Source: the human T2T-CHM13v2.0 reference genome, Homo sapiens
Assembly (NCBI RefSeq): GCF_009914755.1
Contig: NC_060930.1
Reading direction: 5' to 3' (one strand)
Length of the DNA stretch: 64,000 nucleotides
Shown here: positions 39,130 to 50,671 of the stretch, one piece after another
Layout: each line of letters starts with the position of its first letter
How positions within the stretch are numbered: position 1 is the first letter of the stretch
Position numbers and translations under genes: made by a program
The notes under the pieces: generated by a model
Told to the model about the DNA's origin: nothing
The model's input: only the letters and a program-made list of their open reading frames with translations
Databases searched by the model: none

Positions 39130-39412
39130 GGCCGGGCTTGGTGGCTCACGCCTGTAATCCCAGCACTTTGGGAGGCTGAGGCGGGTGGATCACGAGGTCA
39201 GGAGATCGAGACCATCCTGACTAACACAGTGAAACTCCGTCTCTACTAAAAATACAAAAAAAATTAGCCGGGCGTGGTGGCGGGCGCCTGTAGTCCCAGC
39301 TACTCGGGATGCCGAGGCAGAAGAATGGCGTGAACTCAGGAGGCGGAGCTTGCAGTAAGCCGATATCGCGCCACTGCACCCCAGCCTGGGCAATAGAACG
39401 AAACTCCATCTC

Positions 39413-39441
<29 letters not shown>
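39130..39441 (+). mobile_element. AluY with 14-bp TSD AAGAGTTGGCCAGG, inserted in an L2 remnant
   Basis: Y-type diagnostics GATCGAGACCATCCTG, GGCGTGAAC, GGCGGAGCTTGCAG; high CpG retention; long pure A tail. Confidence 0.95.
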
Positions 39442-39444
<3 letters not shown>

Positions 39445-39568
39445 TTGGCCAGGCAAAAGACAGGAAACCAGACCAGGCAGGGCATCCCTGGCAGGAAAGC
39501 ATATGCAAAAGCAAAGAGTTGTAATTGAGCATGACACTTCTAAATATCTGAAAATGGCTCTGTCATAC

Positions 39569-39616
39569 CTGCTGGAAGGTTTTCATATGCTATTCAAAGC
39601 AATATGTGTTTATTAA
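39569..39616 (-). other. OR11A1: Predicted non-coding 5' exon of OR11A1 (48 nt)
   Basis: Branch point CTAAT, then CCCTGTATTCTCTCTCATTGTCTTCAG| acceptor; donor CAG|GTATGA. Confidence 0.6.
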
Positions 39617-40049
39617 CTGAAGACAATGAGAGAGAATACAGGGAATGATTAGAAACAGTTGAGAAAGGTAGAGAAAAAAAGCAGATATCATATAAATAAA
39701 TATAAATACATAATACTAACAGTGTTACTTTCTAGAATATGGGATTAATAAATATACATTATATTTATTATCACAAAAAATGTAAGTTATCTTTAATACA
39801 AATAGTCTAGAACATCAGTTTCCTAAGAGGTGAAAAACTGGATGCCTCAGGGACCACAGTGCTGGGAGCCTTCACGGCACACTGTTTTGTAGTTTTGCCT
39901 AAGACCAAATCTGCCTTTTGAATGGAATCCCATTTTCCATACCTCTGCTCATTGCTAACGTTAAATCCTCGAAGACCCAGCTTAAGAACTTATCTCTACC
40001 AAGAATCCCCCTTGACTAATAGAGCCCTTTATTTCTCTCCCAATCATGT

Positions 40050-40620
40050 ACTAAGGATCTAGTGTATAGAAGATATTACATCTGTTTCTGAGGATAGTGG
40101 GCCAAACAAAACTGGTCCATACTCTTAAGGAGTTTACACTCTTGTGTGACAGATGGACATATCAACAGAAAATTGCAATACGCCAAAAGACAGTTAATGA
40201 ATTCAACCTGAAAGAAATAGTACTAGGAGGAAGTGATGCTGAACTGATGAGTGATTGCAGTGGAAAATGGAAAGAATGGAGGTGAGGGCATTTTAGGTAA
40301 AAGGAAAACCATGAGTACACACTGAGGCAAGAAACAACATTGGATGTGAGGAGGAGAAAGAGGTAGCAGGGGGTAAGTAGCCAAGGGTAGCTCAAACAAT
40401 CCCCTCGATTCTGAAGGAGAATTAGGATTGAGGTGAAGAATGGGGGAAGACAGGGAGAGAAAGGGGCCAGGATCAGAGTCTGGGGACCCTTGCTTGTCAC
40501 AAGAAGGAACTAGAGCTTCATTCTATAGGCAGCAAGGCACAGCTGAAGGCTTTTAAACAGTACAGTGGCATGTTTCAACCTAAATTTAAATAGTATTATG
40601 GAAGCTACATCCAAGGTAAC
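40050..40620 (-). mobile_element. L2 remnant
   Basis: Typical degraded L2 segments (CATACTCTTAAGGAGTTTACACTCTTG; AAGGCTTTTAAACAG). Confidence 0.45.
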
Positions 40621-40956
40621 AAGAGTGAAAGAAGGGATGGCCCCACTCATCTGATACCTGATGTGCAAATACATGCTGCCTTGAGTTCATCATTAATTAT
40701 CTTATGGTATGCACTTTCTCTTTTCCAAAAGACTAAAAGTTCATTTAGCACAGGATTTAAATTTTTATAAGTGCTACTGTACCGAAGTCTTACAAAAAGA
40801 TATATTCTCAATGAATACTTAATGTTTAACACCATGTCTTCCTTAACCTAAACCCATATGAATTGATCAGAGAAGAATGCTGTTCTTCATAGACTACAAA
40901 ATTCCACAGGTTCTGTTATTGCCCTCCAACTCCCGTCTCTAAAGCTATTCTCTTAC

Positions 40957-41081
40957 CCTTTGATCCCATCTGCATTTCCTTGTGAGTGAATCTGGCACTC
41001 CCTATGTGGGCCATCTTTAACTCTAGATTATTTTATCTGGTCCAAACTCATTCTGAGGCTTGGAGTCTTTCTATAGGATTC
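40957..41081 (-). other. OR11A1: Predicted non-coding 5' exon of OR11A1 (125 nt)
   Basis: Acceptor GCTCACCTCTCTCCTGGCAG|G; donor AGG|GTAAGA. Confidence 0.55.
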
Positions 41082-41174
41082 CTGCCAGGAGAGAGGTGAG
41101 CATGTAAATCAGGCAAGAATACCTCTAATAATAAATAGCTCATGACCACTACCTCCCCTGGAAATCAAGAGTAT

Positions 41175-41480
41175 CATTGGAGCTGGAGGCTATTATTTTA
41201 AGTGAAATATCTCAGAAACAGAAAGTCAAATATTGCATATTCTCATTTATAAGTGGGAGCTAAATAATGTGTGCACATGAACACAGAATTCAGAATAATA
41301 GACATTGGAGACTTGGAAAGGTGAGGTGGGAAGGGGTGAGGGATGAGAAATTACCTAATGGGTATAATGCACACTATCTGTGTGATGGTTACACTAAAAG
41401 CCCAGACTCAATCGCTACACAATATATTCATGTAACAAAACTGCACTTGTACCCCTAAATCTGTAAAAGTAGATATGAAA
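41175..41480 (+). mobile_element. L1PB/L1MA 3' end
   Basis: CATGTAACAAAACTGCACTTGTACCCCTAAATCTG. Confidence 0.8.
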
Positions 41481-42519
41481 AGAAAAGAAATGGGAAAAAC
41501 ACAGAAACAGTAGGATATATGAGAGGCTGTTATTCCCTTAAAGACAGAGGGGAATCAGGGAATAGAGGAAGTTGATGAATTTAGAGTTGAAAACTCCAAG
41601 GAATAGAGCTGAATTTGGAATTGGAAAACTCAAAAAACTGCAGGAAGAGTTTGAAATCAACAGGAATTTCACCATACTGACTGGTAGAGAAGTAAGAATA
41701 GTGCAAAATGCCTGTTTGTTGTCTAACGAACAATCAGCCACACACTCAATTCTAAGTAAAAACCATAACCCTCATTCAACCCAGACTCTGAGATAGCATA
41801 GAGTCCTTAATTAAAACGAGCAATTCAAAGAATATTCCAGGAAAAAATATTTTAAAAAATATATACAAAACTGTACATTTTAATTCATCTTTAGGTATTA
41901 GAAAAAAATTTATTCTCATATTTTGAAATGTCTGCTAAACAAACATGTTATGTTTGTAAGCAGAAAACCAAAAAGTTAATTCAGTTTGATTTTTTTAATC
42001 TGTTAATTCTCCTCAAGTCTCTTCAGTAATTACTCCATAATAAAACATTAAAATATACTTAAAAGGTTTTAAAAGAAAACAGTATAATTTTAAGTATATC
42101 CCAGTTTTGTCAAGCCATGGGATAGCAGGAGGAAAACTTTCCACCATGAAAACATTAGTATGAGGGTGTCTCGCTTCTTCCTACTCTGTAACATATCAAC
42201 TGAAGCTTGGGGAGCATGAATATCTACTGTTCCCCATCTCCAAAAGAGAAGAGAGAATTAAAAAAATAAGTCAGTATGCACCCAGAAGGATTAGAAATCA
42301 ACTTTTAAAAACATCCAATGGAGAAAAGAGCAGCACTGGTATTCTAGAGAAATACTGCGGGACTTCTTGAAATGATTTTTAATAAAAGACTTTTTGACTC
42401 TCTGGGTTAATTGAAAGTTGCTAGTGATTACAGGATAAACAGCTATAAAAACCAGCCATTTAACTTTTTTAAAGAATCTGTGAACTAAGCTGTAAAGAAT
42501 TTTACAAAAATAAACGTAC

Positions 42520-42643
42520 CCGAAATATCGACCCTGTTCTCTAAAGACAGGACTGTGAGGAGGAGATGATCTGCTAAGATTTGCTGAAGACTTCAGAATG
42601 TTGGAATTTCCTACCTTCAGCTCCCTCCCTGCTTGAGCTCAAC
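42520..42643 (-). other. OR11A1: Predicted non-coding 5' exon of OR11A1 (124 nt)
   Basis: Acceptor TGTTCTACGTTACTTCAG|G; donor CGG|GTACGT. Confidence 0.55.
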
Positions 42644-43699
42644 CTGAAGTAACGTAGAACATTGATTACAAATGTCACCCTTGTTACCCTCCACTCCTGA
42701 GCCATTTTCTCTTCCACCCTCCATCCCCTTTTCTAGCTCTCAGGCTATTCTGTCCTTTCATCGCAGTCCTTTCCCTCTATCACATGGGAGGGCAGGAAAT
42801 TGCCACAAAGGGAGAGGCCCCTGAGAACCAATTACAGATTTACTGGAGAGCAGCCTGAAATGAGCAAGACATAGCAGGCCCCTAAGGAAATTGTATTTTT
42901 TCAAAGGCGGTTTCCTGAACTGTTGGCTTGACCATAAACGGAGCAGAAACCAAAAGAGCCAAATGGAGCCCACCTTTCCATCCCCTTGGGGACAAATGCT
43001 CTCCATTTCACCAAACATCTAAAGCCCCAATTCCTAGTCTCCATAACTCACCAGAAAATTCTGATTTCTCTGCAACATCCCTAAATTCCCCATTACCAAC
43101 AGTGGTCCTCCCAGCAGCCTGCCCTCAACTTTCATTCTCCAATCTACAGCCTCCAAATCGCCCTCTTACCATCCCAGGCAATTGTTTCAATAGGTACCAC
43201 CCTTAGTAGGGGTGTTTTATATAGATCATCAAAATCTTGCCAATGCTGAGCCTGATTTAAGGAGAAGGAAGGTGGCGTGATGTTACAAAATGACGTTGAA
43301 ATGGTTATGTAGCGTTTCAATATCCTTCCTGACCAAATTACTGCCCAACAACTTTGTCTGCCACTACTCCCTTTTTTGAAGCTTCCACAGAAATCAGGCT
43401 GATATATTTATTTCTCATCCCTAGGAGTGTGTTGAAGGCACTTCTGTGTCATTTATCAAACTCAGACCCTAACTTCAGCTCCACTTTCTCCCTGACCAAC
43501 CGAGAACACTTTTTCTCTGAACTACGTTGTCTACTATCTGTAGTTCACAGTAAATGCCACCCTATTTTTTCTTGGCAGCAGGAGGGGTTCTCTTAATCGT
43601 TTATTTTTTTCATCAAACAGCAGCATATGCTAAAAGGTAAGTATATGTGTCTTGAAAAGAAAACTTTTGGAAAAATGTAGCATTTTTTAGTTAGCCTAC

Positions 43700-45250
43700 A
43701 TTATTATGATTTTTAATTGACAAATTAAAATTGTATATATTTATGATGTATAACATGATGTTTTGACATATGTATACATCATGGAATGACAAAATCAAGC
43801 TAATTTACATGAACCATTACCTCACATACTTATCATGTTTTTGTGATGAGAACACTCAGATCTACTCTTTTAGCAATTTTCACATATACAATTCATTAAT
43901 TATAGTCACCCTTTCATATAATAGATCTCTTGAATTATCTCTCTTGTCTAACTGTAATTTTTGTAACCTTTGACCAATATCTTCTCAATTTTCTCCCTTT
44001 CTTCCAGCCCCTGGTAACCACCATTCTATTCTCTGTTTCTGTGAGTTTGACTTTGTAGATTTCATGTAGAAGGGAGACCATGAGGTATTTGTCCTTCTGT
44101 GCCTGACTTATTTCAGTTAATATAAGGTCCTCCAGATTCATCCATGTTGTTGCAAACAACAGAATTTCCTTCTTCTTTAAGGCTGAATAGTATTCCACTA
44201 TGCATATATACCACATTTTCTCTATCCATTCATCTGCTGAGGGATGCTTAGGTTTATTCCACATCTTGGCTATTGTGAATAATACTACAATGAACATGAA
44301 AGTGTAGATCTCTCTTCTTATTTCCTTTGAATATATACACAGACAAGGGATTGCTGGGTCATACAACGGTTCTATTTTTAATTTTTTCAGAATTTTTCAG
44401 AAACCTCCACAGTGTATTTAATGACTGTACTAATTTACGCTTCCACCAAAAGTGTATGAGTTCTCCTTTTCCACATTTTCATCAACATTTATCTCTTATC
44501 TTTTCTGTAGTAGGCATTCTAACAAGTGTGAGGTGATATCTTATTGTGAATTTAATTTGTATTTCCCTGATGACTAGTGATGTTGAGCATTTTTTCTTGT
44601 ACCTGTTTGTCATTTGTACGTCTTCTTTTGAGAAATGTCTATTCAGGTGCTTAGCTCATTTTAAAATTGAGTTATTTGTTTCCTTGTTATTGATTTGTTT
44701 AAGTTCCTTATATAGCTTGAATTTTAGCCACTTACATGTATCATTTACAAATATTTTCTCTCAACCTGTGGGTTGTCTTTTCACTCTATTGTTTCCTTTG
44801 CTGCGGAGAAATGTTTTAATTTGATGCAATCCCATTTGTTTACTTTTGGTTTTGCTGTCTGTGATTTGAGGATCATATACAAGAAATCTTGCCCATACCA
44901 ACGTCATGGAACTTTTCTCCTATATTTTCTTCTAATAGTTTTACAGTTTGCAGTCATATGTTTAAGTCATTAATCCATTTTGAGTTAATTCTCATATATT
45001 GAGTGTCATAAGGATCCAATTTCATTCTTCTGCATGTGGATATTCAGTTTTCCAACATCATTTATTAAAAAGACTTTTCTTTCACCGTTTCATGTTCTGT
45101 TTATATGATCATATGGTTTTATCTTTAATTCTGTTAATGTTATGTATCACATTTATTGATTTGTGTGTTGAACCATCCTTGCATCTCAGAGCTAAATCTC
45201 ACTTGATCATGGTGAAAGATCCTTTTAGTATACTGTTAAATTTGGTTTGA
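43700..45250 (-). mobile_element. L1MA 3' portion, antisense
   Basis: Minus ORF 43935-44366 YDPAIPCLCIYSKE...WYICIVEYYSALKK is the L1 ORF2 C-terminus; the 3' terminus is near 43700. Confidence 0.9.
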
Positions 45251-46676
45251 TAGAGAAACACAACTTCAGAGATAATTCAAGTTTAAGATGGGAAAGTCTG
45301 ACTAATCTTAATTCTTACAGATATTTTAGCAAACTTTTTGTCAAAATACATTTTATGGACTTTTTAAGGTCATCAGTTCAGACCACAGTCCCATGGATAA
45401 AGACAAGGATCTGTGGGGAGTAGATGTTTGTATTGTTAATCACCCTGGTGAGAGGTTAATCCTGGGGTATAAATGAAGTCTCCAAAAGTAGGTGATATAT
45501 TAGCATGAAAAATACATTTCTACCTTCCCTTGTGTCCTGGGGTCAATTTGGCCTAAACTGCAAGACGTGAAAAGATTATAAGTAGTTCCAAATGAAATGA
45601 AATATACCCTTGGCCACATAAATTACCTAGTGGAATTCAAGTGTGTGTGGATCAGTATAACAGCATATAATTCTCTGCACTACATTTACTTTCCACTAAG
45701 TTAGAACTACAGTAAATTATTCTATAAGCTACAACTTGATATATGTTGTACTAGGAGAATTCTAAGAGGGCCTGTGGCCTTGCTTAGAAAAAGCAGGTAC
45801 AGGGGACAGTGGTTGCTGTTCCCACAGCCAGGGTGGAGAAAGCAATGTCAACCACTGCAAAGGATGACAAAATAAAAAGAGTCAGTCAGCTCTCACAGAG
45901 CAGCAGCTTGAAGGCACAGAAAAGACACAAGAGAGGAAGGACCAGAGGAGACATTCCTGAACACATCTTGCAAACTCTCAGAAGTGACTATGGGATGCTT
46001 CACGGGGGCTAACTTCAAGCTCAAGTTTGACAACCATTTATGTTGTTTGGCTTTGGTCACATATATATCCTATTTTGTATCAGTAATTCCAGTTGGAAAA
46101 GAAACCACACATTTCCATGAGTCTCCCATGTTACTAAAATATTTCATAAGCTCGAGCTCAGTGATGTTTTCTGATTATTTGTTCCTTAGACTCCAGCCTA
46201 GGCATCCAAGGCAATCTGAATCCATAGAAACTTTAATAACAGTACATCATGGACCTAACCCAAAATATTGTTCAATCTCTTATCTTTGAAAACTTCTTGA
46301 GGATTAACAATATATTTTAATACAAAAGAGATAGTATTCAACCCAGCAGGATTTTACAAAAACAAATTATAGCTCTTTGTGGTTTCTGTTAGAGATTTAC
46401 ATAGTCTTACCATTTAGATTTCTTCTTCACTAGACTACGAATTAGAAGTAAATATTATCCAGGGCAGATGGTGTATCCTATTCATCTTTGTATCCCAAGA
46501 ATATTTTAGCTGTGTCATAAATGATTAGTGAATAAGTAGCAATGCATGAATGCATGAATGAAAAAATAAAAATGGTCACTTGATTCATAATCCCTGGCCT
46601 TCTAAAAATATATTAACACAATGTCCGGTTGAAAAGAAAGTTCCAAACATTCCACCAGTAGACATGACTAGCAATA

Positions 46677-47341
46677 GAGTTGACCTTCATTATTTGTGGA
46701 TTCAGTATTTGCAAAGTCACCTGCTCCCTAACATCTATTTTTAACCCCTAGCTCAATACTCACAGCACCTTCGCAGTCGTTCATGGACAAGTGCATGAAC
46801 ACAGTGACAAAAAGTTTGAGACACACTGTATGCATCCCCACCTGATGCTGAGCAAGGAAACGCTCTGTCCTCTTGTTTCAGCTATTATACTGTAAACAAG
46901 TGTCCTTTTCATGATTTCCTGATTTGCTGAATGCCATATTTTTCACATTTTTTGTTTGTTTTTTGGTGATTTCATAATTCAAAATAGCCCCAAATGTAGC
47001 GCTGAAGTGCTGTCCCATGCTCCTGAGCACAAAAAGGTTGCAATGGATCTTACGGAGAAAATGCATTTGCTAGATAAGCTCTGTTCAGGCATGTGTTATA
47101 GGGCTGTTGGCTGTGGGTTCAACGTTAATGATCAACGATATATATTATATAAGATGTGTTTAAACAGAAACACACTTACAATAAGGTTATTTATTGATCA
47201 GGTGACAAAAATGTGACCAAAAACTCATAGGAATCTAACCCTGCATCTCCCCTAAAGCAAGGAATTATTTAATATTTGCTCCTACAGGGTTCAAGGCAAC
47301 TTTATAGAATGCAACTGCAGTGAATAATAAGAATCAGCTGT
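46677..47341 (+). mobile_element. MER82-like (TcMar-Tigger) DNA transposon
   Basis: Degenerate TIRs GAGTTGACCTTCATTATTTGTGG / GTGAATAATAAGAATCAGCTG; internal KHKKVAMDLTEKMHLLDKL Tigger HTH-like remnant (ORF 46956). Confidence 0.75.
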
Positions 47342-47504
47342 GTCTGCATTTTAAAGATGAGAAATATGAGTCTCATTAAAATGAAGTGAATTGTACAAAG
47401 TTATAGAATAGGTTAGTCATAGAGCCAGCATTAAAACCCTGGCCTAGTTCAGTGCTCTGTCAGCTGTATCTTCAGTTCTGAAAATGCAATAAGAAAAGAT
47501 AAAA

Positions 47505-47637
47505 TACGGAATTCAGTCGGCCAGTGGCCCGCAATCCTCTTCTCTCGGTTCCTCTTTCCTCGCTCAAGATGGCGCTGCTCGCGAAGCGTTCTTGGCGTTG
47601 GGCGGCCGCAGCGGCTGCTTTCGAAAAGCGCCAGCAC
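47505..47637 (+). pseudogene. ABCB7: Captured 5' fragment of an ABCB7-like transcript/exon 1 (5' UTR plus ~23 codons)
   Basis: ATG 47569 encodes [23 protein letters not shown], nearly identical to the human ABCB7 N-terminus as I recall it ([23 protein letters not shown]); 15 CpGs in ~135 bp in an AT-rich background. Confidence 0.85.
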
Positions 47638-48015
47638 AATGAGATACCATCTCACACCAGCTAGAATGCCGATCATTAAAAAGTCAGGAAACGACAGGTG
47701 CTGGAGAGGATGTGGAGAAATAGGAACACTTTTACGCTGTTGGTGGGACTGTAAACTAGTTCAACCATTGTGGAAGTCAGTGTGGCGATTCCTCAGGGAT
47801 CTAGAACTAGAAATACCATTTGACCCAGCAATCCCATTACTGGGTATATACCCAAAGGATTATAAATCATGCTGCTATAAAGACACATGCACATGTATGT
47901 TTATTGTGGCACTATTCACAATAGCAAAGACTTGGAACCAACACAAATGTCCAACAATGATAGACTGGATTAAGAAAATGTGGCACATACACACCATGGA
48001 ATACTATGCAGCCAT
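47635..48015 (+). mobile_element. Internal fragment of a young L1PA ORF2 C-terminus, no 3' UTR or poly(A)
   Basis: ORF 47639 [36 protein letters not shown]...HTMEYYAA is uninterrupted; L1 similarity stops at GCAGCCAT. Confidence 0.92.
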
Positions 48016-48395
48016 TCTGCATCTTTCTAATGACAAGAATATTCTCCAGCATAACCACAATACTATTATTACACCCAAGGGAATTAACATTGAACCAATA
48101 ATATAAAACCCATATTCAACTTTCCCACTTGTTCCAAATCTTTTTTATAGTTGTTTTTATTTTGTTTTGTTGATGACGTAGGATCCAGTCAAAAATCATG
48201 AATGACATTTTATTGCCATGGCTTTTGGTCTTCTTCAATCTGGAACGATGTCATCTCCCATCTTTGCTTTGTCTTTAAAGACATGGATATTTTTTAAGAG
48301 TTTGTGTCAGTTGTCTATAGAATATGCCACAATATGGATTTGTCTGACTGTTTTCTTATACTCCAATTAAACATTTTTAGCAATAATACTACATA
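48016..48395 (-). mobile_element. Ancient L1MC-like 3' remnant
   Basis: CAAGAATATTCTCCAGCATAACCACAATACTATTATTACACC...GGATTTGTCTGACTGTTTTCTT. Confidence 0.55.
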
Positions 48396-50671
48396 GGTTA
48401 CACTAAGAGTGGACAAATAGCAATCCAAATTATTCTACTCCATTCTGTTCCCTGTAACATTAATGGCATCATCTTCAGCCATAACAGGGCTACACTCTGG
48501 GAGTAGATGACTGATGAGCTGAGAGAAAACAGATTCCTGAGGAATTCTGGATCAGAGCAGCCATATTTCCCTGAACTACAAATCTTTAGACATTTAAGTG
48601 AGAGATAAATTTTCATTCTCTTTGAGCCATTGGCATTTCCATTACTTTCAGCCAAATCTAATAAATAAATGAAATGATAAAATATAAAGGAGTCAGAAGA
48701 AAACTAAGTACGAAATCCAGTTTATGTAAACCCTGAACTTCTAGTTATATAAATTAATAAGTAAATGTATTACTTAAACCCGTTGGAGTTGGGGCTTGTT
48801 ATAATGGTTGGTATGTCTTGAAAACATTCTATTTGACACACAGCTTTTATCACATCTATGAAAATGTATAAAAACACAGAAGAAACAAATCAAATAATAG
48901 ATACCAATGATAAAAATGCAAAGAAAGATTTGTATAATAAATGAAAAAGAAATCAAAGCAAGAAAAATTAGTGACAATTGTATAAGAAAATGACATTTAG
49001 CACCTCAATTAGGTCAAAACATGTTTATTTCTCTTTTATATTATTAGTTACCTGTAGAATCAATAAAACCTGCAAGGGACCCTATAAATAGTTATCAAAT
49101 AAATTGATTACTGGATTATATCAATATACATAAGAAGGGTAAAATTGCATTATTACTTTTTGTAGATGTACTAGAACATCTACAGTGATGGGAAAAAATC
49201 ATGAGAAAAAAGAAGAAAATTAAAATGGTTGAACCAGAGATATGGGAGAACTAAGAGAAACCAATAGCTCTGGATATATTCTTTGAAATGTTCTTAACAG
49301 GTCATTCTGTATTTCTTGCAATCTAAGAAACAGATTCAAAATAACAGATTAATTGGTTTTGTGAAGCATTCTCCCCATTGGAAAGCCAAGAATGCTTGGA
49401 GACTCAGATCCTCAGAGAGCGTAAAGAGAGACAACAAACCTAAGAGAGGCTTCCTCAAGAGGGATCCACTATGTAGATAAAAAAGAAGATAAGCAAGTCA
49501 CAAATGCCATCTGCCTTCACTGGTTATTTCTCCAAATAGAAAATAGAAAGACACCTTTGAGATAATATCTTCTGGAAAACACTGAAAGAGCCCCCAGAGG
49601 AGAATGAACCAAGGGCTCTTCAACTGCAAAAGGATATCAGTGTGTGGACTTGTATTTCTAATACACAACCTTGAATATGGCTGGAATATTGAATTTGTGT
49701 ATATATTCAAGTGTATCTTTGGGTGTTTATAGTTTTATGTTCAGTGTATTTAGACTTTTACTGTTATCTGTAATAATGCCAATAGAATACATGATTTGCA
49801 ACTTTAGATAAATCTGGCATCTGGGAATATTAGGCTATTCTTCTGTGCCTGTATTTTGAAATATAATTTGACAGTGTGTGAATTTGTGGAGTTTATGTGT
49901 GTAGTTTGGGGATTTTCATGTTTACAATGTAAGAGGACTAAGTTTGAAAGTCTGTAAGATGCAGAAATAAGCAATTAAGGAAGTTCTTGTCATCTTTTGC
50001 CTGAGCATGTTTTAAAACTAGAGAAATGCTCACCCCTCTAAATAGTTGAACTGTTTAATGCTATAGGAGCTTAAAAAGAGAGGATCTTTCTCATTTTTTT
50101 TCTCCTCCTTGAACACTGTGAAATTTATGGTAAAATGACAGAAAAAGAAGAAAGACTAAGTGAATCTGGTAACTAAAGAAAGAGCTGGAAAAAAGAAAAC
50201 TAGAGGGCAAGAGGTGATAAGAGAGGTCACCTCTTATCAGACAGGAGACAAGTTGATGGAGAAAAAGATCTGCTATGAGGGAAAATTCTGTCTCCAGCCC
50301 TGCAGGAAGAATTGGAAAATCAGAAAAGAGTGAAAAGGGAGCTAGACTGACTTAATCTTCAGCCCAGGTAAAACTGGAAAGACAGTTTAACATGTTCTTT
50401 AGAATGATAGGCACTATCAGGAAGAGATGAAGTCAGGGATTCAGGCTCAGAGAGACAAATACTCATCCAGGATCCCAAGAGTGAGCAAGGGTGGAATATG
50501 GACTCCAGGCAAGGCTGCCTAATTTCAAAGTCCATGATATTCTAATAGAAAGGGAGATCTAGTGCTGCGATCAGATGCAGAGAGAGGTCATCTTTGCCCA
50601 TTTCACGATTCCATAGTTGTGATTTTTCCTTGCCATTTCTTTTGTCTTCCAGTCAAAGGTATGCAGGCAGG

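Noticed and set aside
45430-45560. Possible homeodomain-O/E composite enhancer (GTTAATCACCCTGG, GTTAATCCTGGGG)
   Set aside because: Motif matches are weak and cannot be separated from chance without conservation data.
47569-48106. In-frame ABCB7-presequence/L1-ORF2 fusion protein
   Set aside because: ATG 47569 and the L1 ORF at 47639 are in different frames; the ABCB7 frame stops at 47662.
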